Under the pieces are notes generated by a model. That model did no database searches and was not told where the DNA came from. It saw only the letters and a list, made by a program, of their open reading frames with translations. A DNA stretch of 60,550 nucleotides, the filler included, from Sphacelaria rigidula (taxonomy: Eukaryota), in the NCBI GenBank assembly GCA_964200075.2. It is 10 parts of 10 records of this genome, joined end to end, with 100 filler letters (N's around TTAATTAATTAA, not from the genome) between each part and the next. Parts side by side here need not be neighbours in the genome. Positions count along the whole stretch, not along the records: positions 12,131 to 18,095 come from CAXNAA020023150.1; positions 18,196 to 24,160 come from CAXNAA020023151.1; 8 more parts are not named here. One strand, written 5' to 3'. Positions 12,359 through 23,215 of this stretch are shown here, piece after piece (positions within the stretch are counted from its first letter, which is position 1; the number at the start of each line of letters is the position of its first letter). Position numbers and translations under genes: made by a program.

Positions 12359-13261
12359 TCAGCCATACATACCAGCAGAGAGAGAGTGCCGATTTTGCCC
12401 CATCAAGATGCCCCACTTCGCATATGGGTGGAACTTTGCAGCGGCGCCGCGTTGCTGCTTGTGCTGATGCACGAAACACTCGGATCCCCACGTGCGAAGC
12501 CGGTCGTTGTTGAGAGGCTTTCCTGTCAGCCTCTCACATGGGGTCTCGCCCCCGAGGTACTCGTGGGGCATCCCTGTGGTCTTGAATGCCGCGTCCTCCA
12601 CAGCGAAGAACCAGTAGTCCTCTCCGCGTCCCGCTTTCACCAGTTGACTGCGTGCTATCCTCATGAGTTGTTGAATTGCACGTTGAGCAATCCCATTACT
12701 CTGCGGTGTCCTTGGTGGTGAGGAGCGCCATTTGATGCCGCGATTGGTCAGCATGCGTTGAGATTTGACTGATCGTCCAAGTTCCCCATCGCCGTCTCCG
12801 CTGATGCATTTGATGGCCACTCCCTCACGGGCCATTTCGTCGATGTAGGTTCCCGTGGCGTCAGTGATCGCATCTCGTGTCTTGAGTCCAACAGCGTGCT
12901 TGTCTCGACTGGCCTCGTCCACGGCAACCTGCAAGTATTTCATGCCTGTGACATCGGCGTGAAAAGGGGCTTCAAGATCAGTGTGCACAACTTTATCTGG
13001 TGCTTCGGGACTCCTGCCGCCGCGGCCGTAGCTGAGCGTCTCGGACTTGCATTCCTTGCAGACGCTGCAGCGCATCTCGGACGCCACCGTGGTATCAGTG
13101 ATATCGATCAGCCCACGCTTATCGAGGTGCTTCATGTTAGACGGATCGATGTGTCCAGAGGTGTCGTGCCACTCCTTCAACGTAAGGCGCTGCTTCTTGT
13201 TTGCGAACGAAGCGTGCGCCGACGCCGCATGTTTGCCATCCCCCTGAAGCGTTGCCGACAT
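12359..13261 (-). pseudogene. Copia pre-integrase + integrase core (frameshifted, third catalytic E replaced by Q)
   Basis: ORF track 12359-13261. NGIAQR in place of NG.AER. Frame is lost at the (CT)n tract near 12380. Confidence 0.9.
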
Positions 13262-13284
13262 GGTCAGGACGCCTCTATTCTCGG

Positions 13285-14550
13285 CTAGGAGAATCTTTGG
13301 TCCATTCTTTCTGAACCGAAGGTAGCTCTCCTGTTGCCGGAATCTACGAATTCTCCTCCGTCACGCCAAATTATTCCGGTACTCAGCAGGCGGCAAAGTA
13401 CGTCCTTCAGGATGACCTTTGCTGGAGCCATCTTTCCCCGAGCATCCACGTGCAACAGTATCTCTCCCATTGCCAGTGCCGGCAGTTGTGCCTTGTTCCC
13501 AAATGTACAGCTTCGATTGACCGTACGTGTAATTCTGAGATCCTGTTTCCAGGGAGTCATGTGGACATTCGCTCCCGAGTCGCAGAGAATCGACACCTCT
13601 GTGTCACTGTTTGTCGACGTGCACATGGATACTACTCGCTCATCTTCGATTACCACGTCTATCGCCATGGATGCGTGCTGTCTGTCCCTCCTCCCATTAC
13701 TTCTGCCGTTTTGTGGAGGGGGTGGGAACGTTCGTGCGGGGCTCATCCCCGGCGGTCGTTCTGCCGGAGGTTTGCCCGTAAGGTAGGAGCGACACTCCCG
13801 CCATCTATGATTTCGCTTCAAACAGTAGGCGCATCGATTGCTATCGAGCCCCGAGTCGGTTTTGTTGCTGTCGGTTCTTGATTGGAACGCTACTGCCTCA
13901 TCGCGGCGTTCCATGCCAGACGTTAGATACGCTGATGCTGCTACGATTTCCCGCTTTAGATCATCGTACGCCATACCCTGCTGGGTTGTTAGCTGGCTGA
14001 ATACTTGTGGAAGCGCCTCCTTGATCCCGAGTGAAAGGGCTGCCCTCTTGGTCTCGTCGACTTTGGCGTTTCCAAGCGCTTCGAATTCCTCCCAGATGGC
14101 GTCCAGCTTCACCATGAAATCTGCATATTCTTCTGCAGAATTGCATTGGAGATTCCGCAATCTTCGTTCTAATGCAAATAGTTGCACAGGCTGCTCGTCC
14201 TGTGCACGTCCTCCGTAGATATGTTCCATCTCCAGCCAGGCTTCCATGCCGTCAGGGTTGCCGCCGTGCTCGCATCGTGCGACGATGGCTGCGGCTGACG
14301 CTTGCGTAACCTGTGCCAGGAGGAACCATAAGGACTGTGTATTGCGTCGGTGCGTGTCGTACGCCCTAAGCTGGTCAGGTGTTGTTGTCGCTTTCGGAGC
14401 GGCCGGTGTGGTGTAATCTGGTCGCAGTAGGGGGTATAATTCCTCCTCCCCTGCATATCCAACGATGGAAAGTCTCCATGCGTCCGATGTTTCCCGCGGG
14501 TGCCCACGAGCGCCCATCCAGACTGGCAACCTGCGTGGGTCTGCCTTCAT
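13285..14550 (-). pseudogene. Copia gag + aspartic protease (frameshift near 13330)
   Basis: CX2CX4HX4C knuckle and DSGA motif. The frame resumes as ESYLRFRKNGPKILLAENRGVLTMSAT into the integrase ORF after a 1-nt shift. Confidence 0.9.
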
Positions 14551-14571
14551 ACTCCTCGAGGCTCACGAACC

Positions 14572-14751
14572 TGTGCACTTGTGAGGTGTTTGGTGTGGCC
14601 GTGACGCGCTTCCTCTCAGTGCACCGTTTTATAGCGGAGCAAGGCGATTGTCACGAGAGATCTTGGTGGATTGAGCACACGACGTACCCGAGTGGGGCGC
14701 TGCATCGCCGTGCTTTTCATTATTCATTCAGACGTCACCCACTGATGTACA
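14572..14751 (-). repeat. Putative 5' LTR of the Copia element (~180 bp)
   Basis: Minus strand reads TGTAC...GCACA, contains TATAAAA, and is immediately followed by PBS-like GGTTCGTGAGCC. The 5' boundary is unverified because there is no second LTR. Confidence 0.55.
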
Positions 14752-15645
14752 GCTCTATCTGAACATTCGCTCTCTGAATCTCAGCTCTAAACCTCAACTA
14801 TAGAGCTTACAATATAGAGCCGAGGAGCCGTTCTGGCTAGACTGAACGCTGTCCACAGTACTGTTCCTGGACCGTTCCTGTTGGTACTTTGTACTGAACC
14901 GCACTGGCTCCTACCAGGCTGGTTGACTACATGCCTGAGAATCTACGTATGCGATGTATGTCCGATAAATAATGTGCACACGGCGCCTATTCTGAGCCAC
15001 ACCATGAACTGGCGGTTTGTTGCAAGACATTGAAGGGGGTAAAACACCGAAGTATAGATTTCACGAGCGGAAATGTTTTGGGCAGTTTAGTTGTTATGGC
15101 GAGGATCATGATGACGGTTTAGTTTCTAGCTTTTGGGATTGAGGCTGAGAACAGGACGTAGGTCGCCGTTTTTGGGGCTGTATTTTTTGGGAAGAAGATC
15201 GGGAAAGAAACATAGTGTTGTGATTGTTAGGGGTGATGCAAGGATCAGAGTTTAGCTAGCAAGACAATGCACCAAGTCGACAAACATTATCCTCCTACTA
15301 TTGACTGCGGAAGATGTGGCCAAAGCCTTACGGTTAGGGTTAAGGTTAGGTTTAGGTTCGACGGGATAATCTCAGCCGCCGCGTCCTCGCCGTTCACCTG
15401 GCGCATCATCGGCGTTTTTGGCGGGGTAGTAGTAGTGGGTACACATTCCGATAGTGATGACGTCTATCTTTGCTTTCCGTCGTCGGAAGCGCAACTCTTA
15501 AAAAAAGAAAAAAACTGTGGAAGTCGACGAGATGCGAGTGGTGGCCATACTCCAATACTCGAAAATGTATGGTAAGACCAGTACAAGGGAAACGCGGAGG
15601 TGATCCCTAGACACTACAGATCCCTCCAGAGGAGGGGGCCGGGGA

Positions 15646-15711
15646 GGGGGCGTACGTATTTGTTGCTTGCCTTTGTCGTTCGACTATTGACCACGCATCC
15701 CTTTGACGGAG
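15646..15711 (+). repeat. ~70-bp G-run-flanked dispersed repeat (family C)
   Basis: Matches consensus GGGGCGTACTCATTTGTTGCTTGCCTTAGTCGTTTGACCATTGACCACGCATCCCTTTCGAGACGGAG. Confidence 0.85.
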
Positions 15712-16331
15712 CAATGAGGGCGTGGTGGTGAGGGGGGAGTCGAAATATTTGGTGGCCGTGGTCATATGACCATTAGACATGCATCTCTTTCGAGAGGGGG
15801 GGGTGGTTGAGGTTTTAAGGCAAAACAATAACAGCAGATACGTTCACATACACCGGACTTCGTAGGTGGAGGTACCAGCTAGTATAGGTATAGTACGTGT
15901 AACGGGGTGTTCAATGAGGTTGTCTACAACCCAACCTTGCAAGGTGGGCATCCCAGTTGCTTTGCATAGACTACATCAGCACCGTAGTATTGCAGCATTC
16001 GAAGCGTGTTCTTCTCTCCAAGCTGTCCTTGTGTGATCTAACACAGCTTTACGTCAGCGGGAACTTGTAGCAAGATGCGCTCGTTGCGGCGTGGTGTGAT
16101 CTGCGGAAATCGCTCTACCTTCTTTTTGATCCACCAATGCAATGCCGCATTTGGTGTCTGGCGCCAACTACGATGCCTCATAATATGAAGATCGCGATTT
16201 CAAACTTGCAGTGAAGAACTGAAGATCATGATCTAGCTTTGCGGTGCTGTTGCTGAGCATCCGGGTGCGTGATCGACTTGCTTTTGCTGGAAACCCTTAC
16301 TAGAAATCACGCTTCGCCTCAGACTCCTGAC

Positions 16332-16430
16332 CTGATCTCTGCCGAATACAAAGTTGTCGATGTACGCCTGCGTCTCCATTTCCGCCGGGGCGTCAACGTC
16401 CTCCAAGAACTCCAGGTATGCCACGAACCC
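16332..16430 (-). CDS. EF-hand domain protein exon (GFVAYLEFLEDVD...FGRDQ)
   Basis: TAG acceptor, GTCAGG donor, 99 bp, phase 0. G.V.Y.EF.ED is an EF-hand exit helix pattern. Confidence 0.75.
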
Positions 16431-16858
16431 CTAAGGACGTAAGAGTAGACGCGCTGGATTCTGAAGGACGTCGGCGTTAGCTGATACTCCCCAAAGCAAC
16501 GGTATCGAAGGTCATTATCTAGAAATAACCAAATGTGTGCATTCTACGCAAATGAAAGGGATACTTGACAGTTGAGGCGAGGAATCAGTATAAGGAATGA
16601 AGGATATTCACTCTGTGTTTTGAAGACCCTCGCAGTATGCAAGGGACCCCAAAAATGCGGTTGGTTAGAGAAGCACAAGTACTGGGCTTCACGGACCTCG
16701 AGAATGGTCACGGAGGATTATACCGAGATACGAACGGCCACGATCCGGGTAGGGAATTGAAGCTAGCGTTTGATGCAACAACGACAAATACCGGCTGATG
16801 ATGTGCTTCCACCGATACTGTCAGGGGGGAGTGCAGGCTCGTGCTGGTCGTGACTCAC

Positions 16859-17014
16859 TTGATGGACCGTTGTTTGGCGACGGAAGTCAGACACCCCGTA
16901 GCGACGGGTCAGCAACTGTCGGGATCGAGGGCTAGGGGGGAGAAGTCCCTGCGCCGAGAGCACCCTGGCAAACTGTTCGCTGGCCACGACTAGCTCGTTG
17001 CGGGCATCGAAGCT
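16859..17014 (-). CDS. EF-hand domain protein exon (SFDARNELVVASEQFARVL...TVHQ)
   Basis: CAG acceptor, GTGAGT donor, 156 bp, phase 0/0. Confidence 0.8.
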
Positions 17015-17548
17015 CTGCACAGAGCGGGTATCGACGGGCACGTTGTACGATATCGTAGGTACTGTGCAGTGGATGCAGGGAGGATGTGTTGCCATACGTC
17101 CAGTTATGTCTGCATGAGGATGGTGTAGATATATGCAGGGGGTACATTGAGGTGGGTACCCAACGTCCACGAGCAGCTTGTTGTCAACATGACGGTAGCA
17201 ACGGCTCGCAATCACCCGTCTCCTCCGTTGAACGCACGCTCACTAACATGTACCCTGACATCGTGTATGATCGATCGACTTGCACTTTCACGTATCAAGC
17301 GCGATCCTTCGATGAGCTCGCAATGTGCAGATCACCCCTTTCGTTTCCGATGTTCTACTTTGCGAATAAGATCTGATTAGAGGCGAACCAAACGGTACGG
17401 GACATAAGACGCCATGCACCACGAAAGCTCGGGAGAGCAATCAAATGTGTCTTCATTGGAGTAAGGGGTGAACAAGACGTCAACACATCTACATACGGAG
17501 AGCCCAACCGTAGTGGAACCCGTCGATCAGTCTATGGCGTGTGTGTAC

Positions 17549-17645
17549 CTGAAAGGCGGGCTTAAGGTTAATCCGCTCACGACGAATCCTGCCTCGTATG
17601 TCGGCGATGATATCGGTCAGGTCCTTGGTCTCTTGCGCCGTCATC
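17549..17645 (-). CDS. EF-hand domain protein exon (MTAQETKDLTDII...INLKPAFQ)
   Basis: CAG acceptor, GTACAC donor. Splices to give LKPAFQSFDARNELVVASEQFARVL, an EF-hand-like helix-loop-helix. Confidence 0.75.
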
Positions 17646-17940
17646 CTGGTCGAAACGCGTACACGCAACATGGGAGTGATAAGACTACGACAGAAGACCG
17701 CCTAGCACGATTGACTCTACAACGACAGAGACGAACAGTGTTGGTCGGCACTAGCTAGCACACCAGGATGCCCACACAAATACGGTGCAAAACGTTTCTC
17801 GACGGCTTCAAGGTTGGATCTATCGACAAAACTCTCATGGTTTCGTTCATGGATCCATCGACATATAACGCACAAGCCAAAACGAAACAAACCATGCCTT
17901 GGTACCAACTCAGAGACATGCTACACGAGGGCGGGAGGGG

Positions 17941-18010
17941 GGGGGGCGTATTCATTTATTGCTTGCCTTAGCCGTTTGACCATTGACCGCGGGTCCCTTT
18001 CGAGATGGAG
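17941..18010 (+). repeat. Family C ~70-bp repeat
   Basis: Close match to the family C consensus. A partial copy also starts contig 4 at 18196-18225. Confidence 0.85.
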
Positions 18011-18095
18011 CACCCTTCCTACTAACAGCCGATTTTAAATTTTGGGGTTCATACAAAATATAGGGTTGAAGTGGCATTTCTCTCTTGCACGGAAG

Positions 18096-18195
18096 NNNNN
18101 NNNNNNNNNNNNNNNNNNNNNNNNNNNNNNNNNNNNNNNTTAATTAATTAANNNNNNNNNNNNNNNNNNNNNNNNNNNNNNNNNNNNNNNNNNNN
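18096..18195. other. Artificial contig spacer
   Basis: 44 N + TTAATTAATTAA + 44 N. Confidence 0.99.
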
Positions 18196-19659
18196 CCACG
18201 CATCCCTTTCGAGACGGAGCACCGTTCCTACTCCTAATAGAGACACCTCCAACATTCTGGCACTGGGGCGAGGGGCGGGAGCTACGCATCGAGACAGTGG
18301 TGGAAGTCGTTAGTGACGTCGGGTTATGTAGCAATAAAGTCACAATGGCAGGGGGCAGGGTTTTGAGGGCTGCTAACCCCAGTTTCAGAAAGACACCTCC
18401 GATAAAGATCCTAGGGTCAGCGATAATTCTGATTCGATTCTACCCAGAGGATATACAGTAAGGAAGGCGTGGGTCAGGATGCTTGATGGATTACCCTATG
18501 GATTAATCTTGGGAGCGAGTTTATCCAGGGCAGTGTTGCGGTAGGGGAGACACTTTCTTTTATCGAACGTTTCTCAGAGCTTCTCGGGGTATTGCACGGA
18601 TCATTGTGAGAGTCGACATCATGTTTGCTCGAAAAAGATAGAAATATGATGTAGATTCACGAAAAGGCCCCTGCGTTCAAGCACCATGTTTCTGGGAGTC
18701 CGGTCCCTAGATATTTGGGTTGCAGTGTAAGCCCATACAATTGGGCTCCAACGAAAAATATACCTAGAAACAAAAAGTGCAACCCCTACCGTAGCATTGC
18801 TCTCAGGAGAAACAAGAGTACCTTATCTTTCGAAGGACGATCTGGATTTCGGCCTTCGCCGGACGCGCCGTGGGTACGGTTCGTGTCTAACGGTTCCCCA
18901 AAACTCGGATCTGTTGTTACCGGCTGCCCCAGCAACCAAGAAGACTCGGTGGCGTGGGATCACTTCTGTGCTGTCAGGCCAAGCGCGCCCAGTGAGGACC
19001 CTACGGGGATGCTGTCTGGTGAGAGTGACCTGGCGGCATGGGATGAGGTGCGGAAAAGCCTTGGAGTGGCGTGGGAAGACGACGCTACGCTTCAGTAGCT
19101 ACTGCACCTAACGGAGGACGCAAGACTAGAAGGTTTTGTTCGCTAGTCCCGGGCTACGTACGAGGGCCTCAACCACAGGAGCGACAAGTCATGTTGATAC
19201 GGAGGCGGAAGTCGGGGTAGCTAGAGGGGTACAGTGGTGGGATCCGCAGTTGCCTCTAGTATGCAAGGTGGTGAGCACCGTCAAGAGTGCTCGCCTCTTG
19301 GGAAAGGGTGCCGTAGTGGCGAAGTTCGTGGCCGTGAATGTTTGAGATTGTGGGTGGTTGCAGAGTTTGTACGTCCCCGACTCCTGCATACAACGCTAAA
19401 GTCGAAGCTGGAGGGCGGAGGGACCGTGCCGACCTCTCCCCAACAATTGTCGGAATCGTCGGAGGTGAAGTGGAAAGAAGCATCTGAGCCCGCAGGAGTG
19501 GATCTCGCGGAAGCAAACCTGGGCCAGTTGGACCCAGCGCAGAAGACCCAGCTGTTGGCCTTGTTAAGCGAATTCAACGAAGCAGGGTTTTTTGCGGTGG
19601 ACCCTGAGCGAGTGAAGGCCACTCGTGGAGAGAGCCGTTCCGCCTACGGCTGAAAGACC

Positions 19660-20300
19660 CCAGGTGTCGGCCATTCACCGCCGGTACTAGGCGGTACTCG
19701 CCAGAGCACGAGACGACTATCCAGGACGAGGTCCAGAAGCTCGTGGAGTGGGGGATCATCGAGCCTTCGGCGTCGGCATAGGCAGCCGCCTGCGTCACGG
19801 TTCGAAAGAAGGACGGTAGTTTACGATTGTGTCAGGGTTATCGTGCACTGAACGAACTTCTCTAGTGGTACAGCGGCGGTTTGGGGGATATGCAGATAAT
19901 GTATAGTGGGCTAGTAAGATCCAAGCACTTTACGACTATCGATCTAGCGAGTGGATTTTTTCACTTCGAGGTGGCGAAGGAGGACCGACACCTCACGGCC
20001 TTTCGCGACGCGAGGGGGCACCTGTGGCAATATCAACGTTGCGGATTTGGAATCAAGGTATTGCCAGCAACATTTCACCGCACAATCTCCGAAGCGTGGT
20101 TACCGACGAAAGGTGTCAAGACTTGGTTGGACGGCATCTTGTGGCCTAGTGCGACATTCACTAGTCACATGACTGGGTTGAGAGTTGCGCTGCATTGCTT
20201 GCTGACTGCCGGCCTCACTGTGAATTTCCAGAAGTCACAGTGATTCACACAGCAACGAGACTTCGTGGAAATGACGATCGATGCTTCGGGAATACGACCT
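19660..20300 (+). pseudogene. Gypsy reverse transcriptase
   Basis: GIIEPS, VRKKDGSLRLC, FTTIDLASGF, TAF, GFG.K.LPATF and WLDG (degenerate xxDD). In-frame stops. Confidence 0.95.
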
Positions 20301-20348
20301 TCACAGTCTAAGATCGATGCCATCGCTCAGTTGAGATAACCACGGAGG

Positions 20349-20945
20349 GTGGAAGAACTGAGGTCGTTTCTGGGCATGACGGGGTACCTCAGGCGATGTA
20401 TCAAGGGGTATAATAACCTGGCGGCGCCGCTCACTGATTTGCTGCGAGAGAAGCGGTGCGCCACCAAGCGAGCGCGGAGAATGACAATTCCATGGGGACC
20501 CCAGCAACGACAAGCACTCGGGGACCTGAAGGGTGCTTCGATGTCGAGTCCAATCTTGGCGTGCCCAGATTGGAATGAGCGATTCGTACTGCACTCCGAC
20601 GCCTCAGAATACGCGGCGGGGGCAGCCCTCGCCCAAGACGTGGGTGAGAGGGAATGGATTATCGCGTATGCTAGTCATAGATTTCCTCGAGCGGATGAAG
20701 ACAGGGCGGCAGCAGAGAGAGAGATAGTCGCTGCTTGGCGGTCAGTAGAACGGTATAGATCGTATCTATGGGGGCGAGAGTACACGCTGGTTACGGATTG
20801 TAGTGCGTTGACATGGCTGTTTCGCAGTCAAAAGTTGTGGCCTAAGTTCCATCGGTGGACGTTGAGGTCGATGGAGTATGACATGGTCCTAAAGTGGAGA
20901 GTTGGGCACGAGCACCAGCTGCTGAATGTCTTGTCCCGACTGCAA
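20349..20945 (+). pseudogene. Gypsy RT connection + RNase H
   Basis: LRSFLGMTGY, SPILACPDW, LHSDASEYAAGAAL, AYAS, LVTDCSALTWL, NVLSRL. Confidence 0.95.
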
Positions 20946-21199
20946 GGGAGCCAAGCGGGAGAGATGACATTGGTGTGTCATTTCATGACGACAACACTGG
21001 AGCTGGGCCAGGTGGAGAGATAGGATCGCAGGGGCCTAAACTACATGGAGTACGTTTAAAGGAAATGGAGGCTGAGTACCCTGAAGAACCCGCGGATGTC
21101 ATGGCATTGGCGTTTAAGAAGGTCAGCGCGTTGTATCCACAGGAAACGGTAGACGCGGTCACCGGTGACTCCGAACATACGATGCCAGGGCCGGCGCAG

Positions 21200-22100
21200 C
21201 AACGGTCCACAGCCCTGGTCGTCCATTGCGGTGGTGGAGGCAGTATTCTGGCTGCCGAAGAGTTCTTGGAGGTGATAGCGGCCGCTGACGCGAATTTGAA
21301 AGCTTTGGGCTGTGTTATAGTAGACTACATTTGAACGGGGGGTAAGGCTGGTACGTACATGTTTCGGGCGCTGTTCTTTCCACAATCTCGTGAAAGAAGT
21401 GCAACCAGAAGTGTTCGTAGGAGATAAAGTTTGGGTTGCGCCAATCGATCGGGCTGCGCCGGAGTCGGAATCAGCTGGTGTCGCCAAAGAGGTGGTCGAG
21501 TCATTCCTCTCATCAACCCCTGTAACAACGCTGATCTTAACGAGTACTGCTGTAACGGTGAGCTCTCTTGGTTGGAAGGAGTTCGCTGCCCCGTTGTTAA
21601 GCGGAGCGGATTTTGTCACAGAGCAGGCCTCAGTCCCAGCCGTGCAGGCGGGTGCACCGTATTGGAAGAGACGGACTTATGTGGTTGCCTTGAAAGCTAA
21701 CTGTGGGAGGGAAGGGCAACTGCGAGCGTGGAAGCAGCGATTGGAAGCCCACGCCGTTGCCTGCCCCACGTTGACTCAGCTATTGGGGCAGACAGGCACC
21801 TATTTCCAGGAGTCGACGGGACAGAGCAAGGCGATTCACCTTAGAGGATCCGATGCTCAGGTTATCTTGTTCTCGGCTGACGGAAGGAAAATTAAGGCGC
21901 GAAGAATTCAAGCCTCACAAGGCGGACGCAGGGGCATGGGAAGAAGCAGTTGAACTGAAAAGAGTCGATTTGGTGAGAGTCGCTACAACTCTCGACTGCT
22001 ACAAGACACAGCCAACGGTAAATATCGACGCCATGCCAGAGATTGTGGCGACTTTCGTTCACCCGTGGATGATGAAGGTGGTTTTATCCAGTTTGGAGGC
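21200..22100 (+). pseudogene. C5 DNA-cytosine methyltransferase-like domain embedded in Gypsy pol (degenerate active site)
   Basis: Motif I-like ALVVHCGGGGS, motif II-like EVIAAAD, IV-like PEVFVGD, VI-like TTLILTS, VIII-like AVQAGAPYWKRRTYVVA and X-like ATFVHPWMMKVVL occur in canonical order across three frames. Confidence 0.68.
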
Positions 22101-22439
22101 GGAAGGTTTGTTGAGCCCGACTCAGATCCAGGGTGAGGATGATAGTTGGAGCACACTCGCTGCGATCTGGCCTAGCGACGAAGCAGAATTACCAGAGGCT
22201 TGGGGAGCCGACGTAACTCGTTCGTCGGTTCAAGAGGCAGAGCGGAAGTCGGGCCAAGACCCCGGTGGTAGGGAGGTTTCGACCGGGGAGCCACGGATGC
22301 CGCGTAAAGGTAACACCCAGACCGTTCTCGATCAAGCGAGAGCGATCCTGATAGATAAGCCGCGCTTACTTCTGCTTCAGAGACGGGACTCGCGGCTTAG
22401 GCCCATCAGGGGTGGGTTACTGAGGGAGGCCCGGGAATC

Positions 22440-23215
22440 GTACGTTTTAGATTATGATGATCTTTTATGGTATATATACTTCACCTGGAGCGCCAGCTAG
22501 GGTAGTTGTTCCACGCAGCCTGGTGCCTGGCTTGCTGGCGCTGGTGCACACTACTACGGGCAAGCTGGAGTGATGAGGACGACCGCAGCAGTCAACGCAC
22601 GCTATGGGTGACCCGGTCTTTCCGCCGACACTCGCAAATACATACATGCTGGCTTGTGGTTGTCGCCAACGTACGCGTACTAACAGCCACACAATAGCGA
22701 TGCGACCCGCCCGCTTCTTGCTGGCTTGGGAGGTGATAGAGAGATGGACGTATCTGACATGAGGCAGGTTTCTACCGCGGGTAGCAGTACTTGTTGGTTG
22801 TTGTGGATCGGGCGACCAAGTTTCTCTTTGCTTTTCCACTAGCAGCCAAGGTCACCGAACCCGTACCTAAGTGTCTGATTAAGCTCTTCTTGACGTTCGG
22901 AGTACCCTATTTCCTTGGAAATGACGCTTGGGCGGAGTTCTCTTCCAAAGTAATCAACCATGTATGTCAGTGGATGAAGGTGAAATTGGATCATGGTCCA
23001 GCAGAACAACCTCGCGGTCAGGGCGCGGTGGAAAGATACGGGTGGTGGTTGCACGATGTCTTAGCCGAGTTGTGTAAGCATTGGCCGGAAAAATGAGGCG
23101 AAAATGTGAATCCCGCGGTATAGATACATCGTACTACTGCCGATCCGTCCCTGCCCAATAACCCGACGCTATTCAAGCTTCTTTTTGGGCGCGAGCCTCT
23201 GTCACCTGGAGCGGA
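22440..23215 (+). pseudogene. Gypsy integrase (zinc-binding region + DDE core)
   Basis: VVPRSLVPGLLALVH, LLVVVDRATKFLFAFPL, FGVP...ND..AEF, RGQGAVER, LLFGREP. Stops and frameshifts present. Confidence 0.93.

Larger units (their letters stand above)
12131..14751 (-). mobile_element. Ty1/Copia LTR retrotransposon, 5' part (LTR-PBS-gag-protease-integrase); RT/RNase H lie beyond the contig edge
   Basis: Domain order is gag zinc knuckle CAYCLKRNHRWREC, protease CDSGANVHM, pre-integrase WHDTSGH...CSVCKECK, then integrase VHTDL...SGDGDGE...PQSNGIAQR. Confidence 0.95.

Noticed and set aside
15328..15358. Telomere (TTAGGG-like units; also 27229 and 33495)
   Set aside because: Only 3-5 degenerate interstitial units, not at a contig end.
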